Virus record (IMG/VR): IMGVR_UViG_3300032523_001141
Span: 32,001 to 96,000 of that record
Direction: 5' to 3' (one strand)
Length of the DNA: 64,000 nt
Origin: a virus
In this document: positions 8,957 through 17,817 of the stretch, piece by piece
How the letters are laid out: each line of letters starts with the position of its first letter
How positions within the stretch are numbered: position 1 is the first letter of the stretch
Notes under the pieces: model-generated
Databases searched by the model: none
Seen by the model: the letters and a program-made list of their open reading frames with translations, nothing else
What the model was told of the DNA's origin: nothing
Program-made: the position numbers and the translations under genes

Positions 8957-11900
8957 TCATGCGCTGCTACTGCTACTGCCGAATCCTGGCAGGGTAATAA
9001 TATTTGGCGTATGCACGGTATGTCCGCAAAATCCGGGAGAGTCGCCGGCAGCCATAAACTGCGCACCAGTAACGGGCGCAGGATCTGCCTCTGGTGTGCC
9101 GATTAACTCAAAGCCGATATCTACCAACGCTTGAAGTGTTAAACGCGATAAAACCATGCTTCCCGGGTTCTGCAGAATGGCGCCGACCATGAGCTCGTTT
9201 TGTACGCCATAAAAACTTACAGCTAAGTTCGGATCTGTTTCACCCGGAGCGGCCGGCCGGTAACTATTTTCCCAGTGGCCGGAGGCTGTGCCGCTACCGC
9301 CGGTGTTCTCGAGCGGTGTGTAATATCGCGTAAGCGTTGTGATGCCGTTGTACGCTGTTTGTGTGTTTGTGTAGACGCTGCCGTTTAACGCAAAATTTGC
9401 TGCAGACCACAGGGAGCCAATACCCAGCGCGTGGCCGAGCTCGTGTGCAATCACTGTTTGCCAGAATGTTGCGGACTCAACAAATGCTTCGTTAATCGTC
9501 AGGTCAAAATATGTCGGAACGTATGTGTCTGGCCCGCCGGTTGAAAAATCAAGCACATCAGTAAGCGAGCACGACGCAATTGTGTCACTTGCCGGGTTGT
9601 TAAAGTATGTAATGCTATTTAACGCAATGCCAGCCCATACGGTATTTGCTGAATAGTAGTTTACGATAGTCGCGTATTTTTGAGCGTTTATCTGCAGCTT
9701 ACTGGACCAACGCGCGTTCGCAACGTTTAAATACGCCTTATACGGCTCCGCGACCGCGGCCCACGAGGTAGCATCAAATAGATTTTGCGCGGTTTGGCTG
9801 CTGTTTAACGAGCTTGACGATATACCGCTACTACTAGAGCTGCTGCTACTAATACTGCTGCTACTAGAAATGCAATCTGGATAAAAGTAAAAATCGATAA
9901 CTGTGTTGTTGTTACCGGTATCTGAGTAAATAATTGTTGAATTATCGGGCGCAAGTAACGTTACCGTTATAACAATATTATCGCAATTTAATGACTCAGG
10001 CCCTTCGCTGCTAATTCCAAATACGTACGCCACACTCGGCGGCCGCGTGCCGGGGGCGGAGAAAGGCGATAATCCTGCCGGTAATACAATATTTGCGCTG
10101 CCCGTTAATTTTGGATTAGACGGCGTGCTGTCGCTTGCCTCGCTCAGTGTCATCGTTCCGACAAGCGTGTCTTGCGCAGATATCGTAATTGGCCATGTTG
10201 AATTTGTACATGTGCCCTCCGTATTTACACTTACATTAAGCACATACGACTCCAGATCCGCTAATACCGCGCAACTGCTGGAGCTGCTGGAGCTGCTAGA
10301 GCTAGAGCTTGAGCTGTCGCTGCTGCTACTGCTGGAGCATATTTGCGCCGCGATAACTTGGTCGTTTGGTACGCATGTGTCAATGATTGGCGTGCCGCCG
10401 CGGCCAAGCGGGTCGCTGGCGCTCCAAACACGTAGCCACGCAATACCGACGTGGCAGCGATAGTTGCCTTCGGCGTCTTGCGACGCGCACCGAAGTTCTA
10501 AATCGTATTCGTTGTTGGCGTTTGGAGGAATGGTAGTCAAATTTAAGGCCATGTCAGCCGAGCGATCGCCGCCGCCGTGCTGGCCGCCGTTGTTTAAATC
10601 AGCAGTTCCAATAAATACGTTATTTACGTAAAAATCGAAAATAGCGGCGTTGCAGGAGTGGTTGCCGGGGCATGGACCTTCTGTGCCGCTGTACTTGATC
10701 GTGACTAGGTAATCCTCGTTTACTACACACGGCAACACCGGCAGGTCGATCGTGGGACAGGTAATCGGCACGCAGACTGGATCAGACTCGCAATCTGTTG
10801 TTGCGAATGCTTTAAAACAAATGTCACTGCCGACACTTGTTGCAATAATATCAACAACTGCATTGCTGCAATCAACGCAATCGCAATTAAAACGAAGCGG
10901 GTTAAACGTGTTATTATCCATGCAGCGTATTACGCTTATTTGATCGTCGGCCGTTAAAGAGCAGGCGTCAACTATAAGTTTATTTTGTAGTTGATCTGCC
11001 GCGGTAGGCCCGTCAGCGCTGTAAGCGTAATCCCAGTAACCCGCGTTTGTGTTCCCGCCTTTGTAAAAAGCTGCTTTAAACCATTCGTCGGCATTTGGAA
11101 TAAAGTAATGCGCGCCAGCCTTACGAGTAATTAACGGAATGCGATCGCCGTCGCCGTTTAATACAAAACCATTTTTAGGTTCGCCCGGCGCGTATACGGG
11201 CAATAGCGTCAGGTCGTATGCGCCGTCATCTGTATATGTGCTGTTTAGATTTGTTACGCGATTGTGTAGCCAGTTGCAAAATCGTAGCGACATTTCTAAA
11301 GACATTATGGCGGGTAGTTCTTCGTAATCGGCCGAATTACCGCTTTGGCCGCCGCCCTGATGGCCAACCGCCGCTAGCGTATACGTGTAATTTCCGTTTA
11401 CACCATTGCGCAGGATACCGGCGCATGCCCACGGATCTACACTATTCGGACACGACGCCGTGTACGCTAAATTATTCGCATCAGACGTAAAACATGTGTT
11501 TAAAAACTCTACATACTGACGCCGGGTAAGTTCAAATTTGTGCAGCTTGTATGTGTAGTTTACTTGACCGATAGTTCTTCCGACTGCGTACGGATAGGTA
11601 CTACCCATTAAGTCCGTTGCGTCTCGCGTAGCTACCGTATGCGCTGAGTTTCCGCTATCCGCAACAGTCACGAAGCAGCCGTAAGCTAGCGGATCCGTTA
11701 TAGACGCTAATCTAATTCCGCCAAAAGGGCCGTCTAGCTTAATATTTGTATCTGTCGGCGTTAGCAGCTCTGTCGCCGTGGCGTCTTTAACTGGCGGGTA
11801 CGGCATAAATGTCGCCAGTGAGCCAAAACCTTGTCGCCCCTCAGACGGGTTTAGCGACAAAGCCGGCCCGTGTCCTAGTATGCAACTTTCTGTTAATTCT

Positions 11901-14332
11901 CTAGCATTATCTGCCATGTTGTAACAGCCGTAATATGTTTTAATGCCGGTTAATCCGACATTTGTATAGCCGGCATACGAGTAACTCCAATTGCCGTCTG
12001 CCGTCAACCAGTCGTACCGGTCTGATAGCGTTATATTTTTTGAGTACGTTCGGGTCATCACGGCGTTGAACCACGTGCCGCCGTCCACGCTATAGCGAAT
12101 ATTTTCATAGCAATTTTTATTTGCGCCAAACGTCACGCGGTAACTTGCGGTATTGTTGGTGTAGCACTCTAAAAGCGCCACAGACGCAATAACAGCTCTG
12201 GGCTCGCATTCATCAACAACGCATGATAAAGCTGGTAAGCCAGACGTGTTAGATACGCTTGACGCGCTACTTAATGAGCTAGAGCTGTTTACTGCGCTAG
12301 CGCTAGAGCTTGATACAAGGCTAGAGCTAGAGCTTGATACATCGCTGGAGCTTGATACAAGGCTAGAGCTAGAGCTTGATACGTCGCTGGAGCTTGATAC
12401 AAGGCTAGAGCTAGAGCTTGATACGTCGCTGGAGCTTGATACAAGGCTAGAGCTTGATACAAGGCTAGAGCTTGATACAAGGCTAGAGCTGGAGCTTGAT
12501 ACAAGGCTAGAGTTTGATACGTCGCTGGAGCTTGATACAAGGCTAGAGCTTGATACAAGGCTAGAGGTGGAGCTTGATACAAGGCTGGAGCTTGATACAA
12601 GGCTAGAGCTAGACACCAAGCTAGAGCTGGAGCTTGATACAAGGCTGGAGCTGGATACCAGACTAGAGCTTGAAACCAAGCTGGAGCTTGAGCTTGATAC
12701 AGCGCTGGAACCGCCGCTATGCCCAACGCATGTTTCATCGCCGTTGGGCGTCTGGCAAGTGCCGTTGATTACCCGAACGGTGACACCGCGGTCGTGCACC
12801 ATAGAAACCAAAATGCTGTCACTTAAAGGTTCAACAGCCTTAAATTTTGTGGGCCATTCTGTGATGCTGTCAGGGCCTGCGATTTTGTCGCCCCGTGCGT
12901 CAAGACTGTATATGAAAAACAGCGCTGAATACGGCGGTACAAGTTGCCGCAGGTGTCGAATGTTGTACAAGCCGAGATTATTTTCACCCAACTCGGATAC
13001 GCGAATAAGCACAATTGCAGCATTATTGCGTAACACATTTTCAACAAGGAACTGCAGCGGGTTGATAGTAGCTGGCAGGTTCGCTGCGGCGGGCTCATCA
13101 GGCGCGTTTGGCCGCTTATCCAGCAAGTGCGCAAGCGTACCTTTGCGGATGTTTGTCGGGTCGCAGGGATTCGATACCGCGTCCAGCCGCGACTCAATCC
13201 CGCGGGCATGCATCTCGTCAAAGAAGCGTTTTAAATCATGCTGAAAACCGCCGAGCCTAAACGATACGTATGTGTAGCCGCTTTCGTGATTAGCGTCCAC
13301 AACCAGTGGCACGTCGATGTTTTCAAATATTAGGTCGCTGTAGTAGCAGTACGCAGTAAAACCGCGATCAAGCGCAAGCGCCTTAATCTCGTGCGGCACT
13401 TCAGCGCGATTTAACTCTACAAAACTAAAAGCGTTTGTTAAGCGGGCGCCGGCATGTACTGTGTCGCCAACGGAGACTATTGGCGTTGCGTCTGTCGCAA
13501 AACGATAAGCGTTTTTATCGGTAACAATGAGCAGGCCGCGGTTATCGCGCGTTATTAGCTCAACCACCTCAGTCGTTACCGCGAGCGGCACGTCAAGGAT
13601 CGCGGATAGCGCGTCTTCTATAACCGCCGCAGTTGCACCGCCGCCGATGAGGCCGTTTGTTATAGCGTTAACTAATTTTTTAGCGTTTTCTGAACTTGGA
13701 AGGTTAATGTTTACCGCGTACGCAAATTGATTGAACAAATATTTGTAGTCGAACTTTGCTTTGAACACCCACAGCGTAATTTCTTCGTCTACAAGCGTGT
13801 CGCCGTCGTATATGGGTTTGCGCAGTACGGTTTCAATCTCAAACGGATTTACGTTGAAAAGTATTACCGCTTTAATGCCGTCAACAATAAAATCCATGCC
13901 GGCTGTCAGCGCTACACTAGGGAACAGTAACCGGTCGTAGATCTGTCCGCCCGTCACAAGTTCGCTATTTATTGAAAACGCAAAGAAATCGCGACTGGCG
14001 GCGCTGTTAAAGTTTATAGGTACTCCCGCGCCGTAATAAATTTCTGGCTCGTCGAACGTGTAGTAGTTTGCCGCGGCTGCGTTCATTTGGCTTTTACGCA
14101 AAATGAGCGGGTACCAGTTTTCTGTGTGAAACAGCGGCATGCTGTAACGGCTAAGCGCGGCCACAGTCTCGAGTAGATTTAACTGAGTCTGGGCAACAGT
14201 GCGCGCTACTGCTTGTCCGTATGACTTTAACTGGTCTTTAGCTTCGTACGTGCGCGACCAGAAACTGCCCAAAGAGCTGAGTAGTTTGTCTGTATCGTCT
14301 AAGTCAGATGTTGGATATTTAAAATTTTGCAT
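8957..14332 (-). CDS. Large modular baseplate protein: wedge-like N-terminus, Ser-rich linker, FGE-sulfatase-like domain, Cys-rich segments, C-terminal leishmanolysin-like (M8) zinc protease
   Basis: Follows baseplate J; KFELTRRQYVEFLN...RFCNWLHN...IPNADEWFKAAFY...YWDY; HELGHALGIG...SGHWE...NELM. Confidence 0.75.
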   Translation of the reverse strand: MQNFKYPTSDLDDTDKLLSSLGSFWSRTYEAKDQLKSYGQAVARTVAQTQLNLLETVAALSRYSMPLFHTENWYPLILRKSQMNAAAANYYTFDEPEIYYGAGVPINFNSAASRDFFAFSINSELVTGGQIYDRLLFPSVALTAGMDFIVDGIKAVILFNVNPFEIETVLRKPIYDGDTLVDEEITLWVFKAKFDYKYLFNQFAYAVNINLPSSENAKKLVNAITNGLIGGGATAAVIEDALSAILDVPLAVTTEVVELITRDNRGLLIVTDKNAYRFATDATPIVSVGDTVHAGARLTNAFSFVELNRAEVPHEIKALALDRGFTAYCYYSDLIFENIDVPLVVDANHESGYTYVSFRLGGFQHDLKRFFDEMHARGIESRLDAVSNPCDPTNIRKGTLAHLLDKRPNAPDEPAAANLPATINPLQFLVENVLRNNAAIVLIRVSELGENNLGLYNIRHLRQLVPPYSALFFIYSLDARGDKIAGPDSITEWPTKFKAVEPLSDSILVSMVHDRGVTVRVINGTCQTPNGDETCVGHSGGSSAVSSSSSSLVSSSSLVSSSSLVSSSSSSLVSSSSLVSSSSLVSSSTSSLVSSSSLVSSSSDVSNSSLVSSSSSSLVSSSSLVSSSSLVSSSSDVSSSSSSLVSSSSDVSSSSSSLVSSSSDVSSSSSSLVSSSSASAVNSSSSLSSASSVSNTSGLPALSCVVDECEPRAVIASVALLECYTNNTASYRVTFGANKNCYENIRYSVDGGTWFNAVMTRTYSKNITLSDRYDWLTADGNWSYSYAGYTNVGLTGIKTYYGCYNMADNARELTESCILGHGPALSLNPSEGRQGFGSLATFMPYPPVKDATATELLTPTDTNIKLDGPFGGIRLASITDPLAYGCFVTVADSGNSAHTVATRDATDLMGSTYPYAVGRTIGQVNYTYKLHKFELTRRQYVEFLNTCFTSDANNLAYTASCPNSVDPWACAGILRNGVNGNYTYTLAAVGHQGGGQSGNSADYEELPAIMSLEMSLRFCNWLHNRVTNLNSTYTDDGAYDLTLLPVYAPGEPKNGFVLNGDGDRIPLITRKAGAHYFIPNADEWFKAAFYKGGNTNAGYWDYAYSADGPTAADQLQNKLIVDACSLTADDQISVIRCMDNNTFNPLRFNCDCVDCSNAVVDIIATSVGSDICFKAFATTDCESDPVCVPITCPTIDLPVLPCVVNEDYLVTIKYSGTEGPCPGNHSCNAAIFDFYVNNVFIGTADLNNGGQHGGGDRSADMALNLTTIPPNANNEYDLELRCASQDAEGNYRCHVGIAWLRVWSASDPLGRGGTPIIDTCVPNDQVIAAQICSSSSSSDSSSSSSSSSSSSSSCAVLADLESYVLNVSVNTEGTCTNSTWPITISAQDTLVGTMTLSEASDSTPSNPKLTGSANIVLPAGLSPFSAPGTRPPSVAYVFGISSEGPESLNCDNIVITVTLLAPDNSTIIYSDTGNNNTVIDFYFYPDCISSSSSISSSSSSSSGISSSSLNSSQTAQNLFDATSWAAVAEPYKAYLNVANARWSSKLQINAQKYATIVNYYSANTVWAGIALNSITYFNNPASDTIASCSLTDVLDFSTGGPDTYVPTYFDLTINEAFVESATFWQTVIAHELGHALGIGSLWSAANFALNGSVYTNTQTAYNGITTLTRYYTPLENTGGSGTASGHWENSYRPAAPGETDPNLAVSFYGVQNELMVGAILQNPGSMVLSRLTLQALVDIGFELIGTPEADPAPVTGAQFMAAGDSPGFCGHTVHTPNIITLPGFGSSSSSA
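12250..12715 (-). repeat. Coding tandem repeat of 18-24-bp units encoding (S)nLV/(S)nDV
   Basis: Repeated gagcttgatacaaggcta units on +; reads SSSSLV on the coding strand. Confidence 0.92.
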
Positions 14333-14337
14333 TTGGT

Positions 14338-16008
14338 TTAGTCGCTAAAACCCGATGTTATATCCACCGCTATTTCGATATCCTCTTCAGCAGCGTAAAA
14401 CACAGTGGTTCTGGAGCTAATCATATTTTCTGGGTCGTTCGGGATATCTATACGGGCGGGGTCGCGCAGGAATATGACCCGCCCGTCGGGACGAACTAAA
14501 CGCCCAAAAATATCAATGTCTGTAACGGATTGCTGCCCGCTTAAATACTGATGCGCGGCGCTGCTGATCACAGACGCCGACAACTGGCCTGCAAACCCTA
14601 CTTTGGCCACGGCCGCGGCGACCGCTTTTTTAATTGCGGCAAAATCCGGCAACGTGTCATTTGCGGCGCGCCTAATCTTGAACGCTATCGTTGTGAAGCA
14701 GGGAATAGCGGCCCGAACCAGCACGTCCGCAGCACGGCACCGTACGTCGCGACCAGATAGAAAATCTTGCAGCTCGCCGATAAGCGGTAAACCGGTTGTA
14801 GTCACCGCGTATACCTCGGTTTGGCCGGTGGTTACTGTGTTCGGCTGCACCATCGTGTCAATAAAATCTATTGTGAGCGTTTTGAATCGCGTGTATGCGC
14901 TTTCGCTAACCGAGGCAATATCCGGCTTGTAGTTCATGTCACGAAAGCTATAGCCGGGAACTGTGTTAACAATCTCGTAGCCGGTGCTGCTTTTGTCATT
15001 GATGCGCGCAACTCGTGTTATGGCGTAAAAGCCCGGCGCTGTTTTGTGGTTAACAAAAATACGCCAAACAGTCCCGGCCGTGTTGTCGCCAACAGTGACG
15101 GGCCGGACGTAATTGGCTGTAAGCAGGTGATCTACACGTTGAGAGGTGTCATTTGTTTGTACGTAGATATCTACGCGACCGCCGCCAGAAATAGGAAATA
15201 AGCCGCGCTGATCTCGTTTTTGCTCAGAGTCCCCGAACCCGACTACAGATACGTGCCTGATATTTTGAAATTCAGGTTGCGATTTTATTAGCGCTAAGAA
15301 CGACTTCCTGCCGCCAATTGTTTTTGCGGCTAATCCTTCTGGCAGCCTAGCGATATATTCTGCGTTCGTGGGCGGGTCTGTGCCATCAGTAAAGTCAGAC
15401 GCCGCGTAAATTGCTTTAACGTTACTGGGCGCAATGCTAGGAACAAACGCTGTACCGGTTGTAATGTTTCCCGAAATGCCGAGCGTTGTCGCGTAAACTG
15501 CAATTTTAAACGCGTAGGAGCCGTCGCCTACCGGCACCATTGATCGCGTTCCTTCTGCCGCGGTACTCTCGCCGGGCGGAACACCGATATATGTGCGCGC
15601 TGGTAAGAATGTTAAACCGTTGGCGGTGAACTGGATTAAACTACTGATCTGCGTATTTACGGCTTGGTTCACTACAACAACGGCCTCACCGACAGCTGCG
15701 GCCCCGGCCCCGCGCGATAAGTTGTAGTTGGACAGCACCTGATCTACTATCGTGTCGTCCGCCAGCGCTGGATTTTGTGTAATAGCTAGCAGGCTATTGC
15801 TTTGACGTACGCGCTCAATGTTTTCGCGCACGGCGGCGTTTAGCACGCTATTAAAGTACAGCACTAAGTCGTGAAATGCGCCGCGAGACAGCTCCACTTC
15901 TGGATGCCGCTCTTGCATAAGTTGCTTAAAAAATTCAAGCGTTTCAGTTACGCGCGCTGTGTCAAGCTCGTCAATGCTGGTTACTGTAAGTGCCATAATG
16001 TTAGCCAA
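14338..16008 (-). CDS. Baseplate J-like (gp6/gpJ) wedge protein
   Basis: AVGEAVV...FTANGLTF...GISGNI...FTDGTDPPTNAEYIARL pattern; adjacent to a gp25-like gene. Confidence 0.8.
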   Translation of the reverse strand: MANIMALTVTSIDELDTARVTETLEFFKQLMQERHPEVELSRGAFHDLVLYFNSVLNAAVRENIERVRQSNSLLAITQNPALADDTIVDQVLSNYNLSRGAGAAAVGEAVVVVNQAVNTQISSLIQFTANGLTFLPARTYIGVPPGESTAAEGTRSMVPVGDGSYAFKIAVYATTLGISGNITTGTAFVPSIAPSNVKAIYAASDFTDGTDPPTNAEYIARLPEGLAAKTIGGRKSFLALIKSQPEFQNIRHVSVVGFGDSEQKRDQRGLFPISGGGRVDIYVQTNDTSQRVDHLLTANYVRPVTVGDNTAGTVWRIFVNHKTAPGFYAITRVARINDKSSTGYEIVNTVPGYSFRDMNYKPDIASVSESAYTRFKTLTIDFIDTMVQPNTVTTGQTEVYAVTTTGLPLIGELQDFLSGRDVRCRAADVLVRAAIPCFTTIAFKIRRAANDTLPDFAAIKKAVAAAVAKVGFAGQLSASVISSAAHQYLSGQQSVTDIDIFGRLVRPDGRVIFLRDPARIDIPNDPENMISSRTTVFYAAEEDIEIAVDITSGFSD

Positions 16009-16480
16009 TGCTTTGGGGTAATGTTGATATAGGCAAAATTATATCGCGGGCTGTGCCTGCACGGCTTAATATTACCACACGGATATTTGCATATCCGGGC
16101 AAAAAAGCCACCGAAGATAACAATGCCACGCCAATACGCTCGTCGTCGGGCCATGTATCGTCTTCTTCCCGGCTTAAATTCGTGCGGGCTGTGAAGGAGG
16201 CAAAGCTAAATGCCGCTTGCACGTCCACCGACGATCGCAACCGCCCGGAGCGTACGTCGGCCATAAAATCAGTGCCTCGGGCGGGCAGCGCGGGCATTGA
16301 GCCCCGCTCTGTTAAAAACTCCAGCAACCAGCGCTGGGTCAGTTTTTGCACGCCAACCGCTATTTGCCCCGCCGCTTCTGCGGAAAACAAGGCAAATCCC
16401 AACTGACTGTCGCCAGTGGGTTTTACGTCGCGCAGCGCCAGGAAATCGTATTTGCGATTTGCGTAGTCGGCAATACTCAT
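16001..16480 (-). CDS. gp25/gpW-like baseplate wedge (sheath initiator)
   Basis: GVQKLTQRWLLEFLTERGSMPALPARGTDF; size and position upstream of baseplate J. Confidence 0.75.
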   Translation of the reverse strand: MSIADYANRKYDFLALRDVKPTGDSQLGFALFSAEAAGQIAVGVQKLTQRWLLEFLTERGSMPALPARGTDFMADVRSGRLRSSVDVQAAFSFASFTARTNLSREEDDTWPDDERIGVALLSSVAFLPGYANIRVVILSRAGTARDIILPISTLPQSIG

Positions 16481-16503
16481 TTTATTACTCCGGAAGCTCA
16501 GCT

Positions 16504-16971
16504 TTATTCGCCTGAGACGGCTCCCTCGTTTAGCCGATTCTCAATATCGTTTTTTATCATTGAAAACACGCCTTCATTTGTTTTCCCGTGCCCGTCTAGC
16601 CGGCCGTGGGCCATAGCCGCACATCGTGTGCTAGACGCGTGCCGCAGCCTCCACGCGCGCTCCTCCACAGCCATAAAATCAATTTGTCGCTTGCACGCAA
16701 TAAGGTCGCCTACTACGCCACTATTTTTTTGCTCTACCGCTACAACCTCGTCGGAGTACAGCCTGTTAAGCGCGTCCCGATTCCACACGGGCTCGTGCAG
16801 ATTGGGCACATCGAGCAGATCTTTGGTTTTCATGTCTTCTGGCGTATGCCACGGCCGCAAGCCGCTCTGCGACTTAAACTGATCGCTTTGCTGCTGCGCT
16901 TTTTTTTCTAGCTCGGCAATGCGGGCTTTGAATTTATCTTCCAGCCTGCCTTTTGGTTTTCCGTGCGCCAT
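16504..16971 (-). CDS. Hypothetical protein
   Basis: 155-aa ORF abutting the sigma gene stop, in operon orientation. Confidence 0.65.
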   Translation of the reverse strand: MAHGKPKGRLEDKFKARIAELEKKAQQQSDQFKSQSGLRPWHTPEDMKTKDLLDVPNLHEPVWNRDALNRLYSDEVVAVEQKNSGVVGDLIACKRQIDFMAVEERAWRLRHASSTRCAAMAHGRLDGHGKTNEGVFSMIKNDIENRLNEGAVSGE

Positions 16972-17817
16972 TTAAAATCCTCGCTTATCTAGCATTTCTT
17001 GAATCTTTGCTGCGCGCTGACTTACCGCGCCGGGAGTAATATTTAACTTTTGCGCAATCTCTTGCACGCTGGCGCGGCTGCGTCCATTGCGCCCAAGTGC
17101 CATGTCCATGATCAGTTTATTAGGCGGGCTTAAGTCGCCGTATACAAAATCGGCCCACGCGTCCTGCTCTTTATTCTGCCCGGGTATTTTGCTGGCAACT
17201 CCGCCGCTATCTGCGTAATCGTCTGCTGTCTCAATCACAGTCGAGCCCTCGGCGATCGGTTTGTGGAACTGCCGAATTTTCTTTATCCTCCGCACCGATA
17301 AGCCGATATCGTCTGCGATTTCGTCGTCGCTGGGGTCACGACTAAGCCGATCACGCAGCGAGTTTTCTGCCTCTGTTAACTTTTGAAAATCTAGGCCGAC
17401 TTGTTCTGGTATTCCTATAATGTTTTGTTCTTGCGCTGCTAGCCGGCGCAGACTTTGCATTTGCGATAACAAATGCGTTTTTACGTTTCCGCGAACCGGA
17501 TCAAATGTTTGCAGCGCTTTAAGCGCCATCAACCGCGCCCGGCTGCGCATTGCTGGTGACGGGTTAGCTCCGGCATAGCTAGACACAGCCGTATCCACAA
17601 TCGGTTGAATTTCAGCTAATATGTTTGTGTTTTGCTCAGGTGTTTGATTTTTAAACCAGTTAGCGTGCATGCTGCCAAAATCCACGCCAGCAGCAGGTGG
17701 CTTTTGCTCAGAGAACGGTTTGGGGATATCGCCTAGTATGGACGGCATTCCGGCGTTTTGCGGTGATTGAATATTCATTGTTGTTATTCCGGAATTGCTA
17801 ACGGGCCGTCGTGCCAT
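16972..17817 (-). CDS. Phage sigma-70-family factor with regions 2, 3 and 4 (true start may be a later Met)
   Basis: KALQTFDPVRGNVKTHL (region 2), LSRDPSDDEIADDIGLSVRRI (region 3 HTH), SVQEIAQKLNITPGAVSQRAAKI (region 4 HTH). Confidence 0.88.
   Translation of the reverse strand: MARRPVSNSGITTMNIQSPQNAGMPSILGDIPKPFSEQKPPAAGVDFGSMHANWFKNQTPEQNTNILAEIQPIVDTAVSSYAGANPSPAMRSRARLMALKALQTFDPVRGNVKTHLLSQMQSLRRLAAQEQNIIGIPEQVGLDFQKLTEAENSLRDRLSRDPSDDEIADDIGLSVRRIKKIRQFHKPIAEGSTVIETADDYADSGGVASKIPGQNKEQDAWADFVYGDLSPPNKLIMDMALGRNGRSRASVQEIAQKLNITPGAVSQRAAKIQEMLDKRGF

Noticed and set aside
11020-11680. Diversity-generating retroelement target (FGE-sulfatase fold)
   Set aside because: No reverse transcriptase or template/variable repeat pair seen; the domain is internal and lacks the usual C-terminal variable segment
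12250-12715. Possible CRISPR array
   Set aside because: Repeats are contiguous with no unique spacers and lie in frame within a CDS
12246-13244. Plus-strand 332-aa ELDTRL-repeat ORF
   Set aside because: Antisense shadow of the SSSSLV coding repeat
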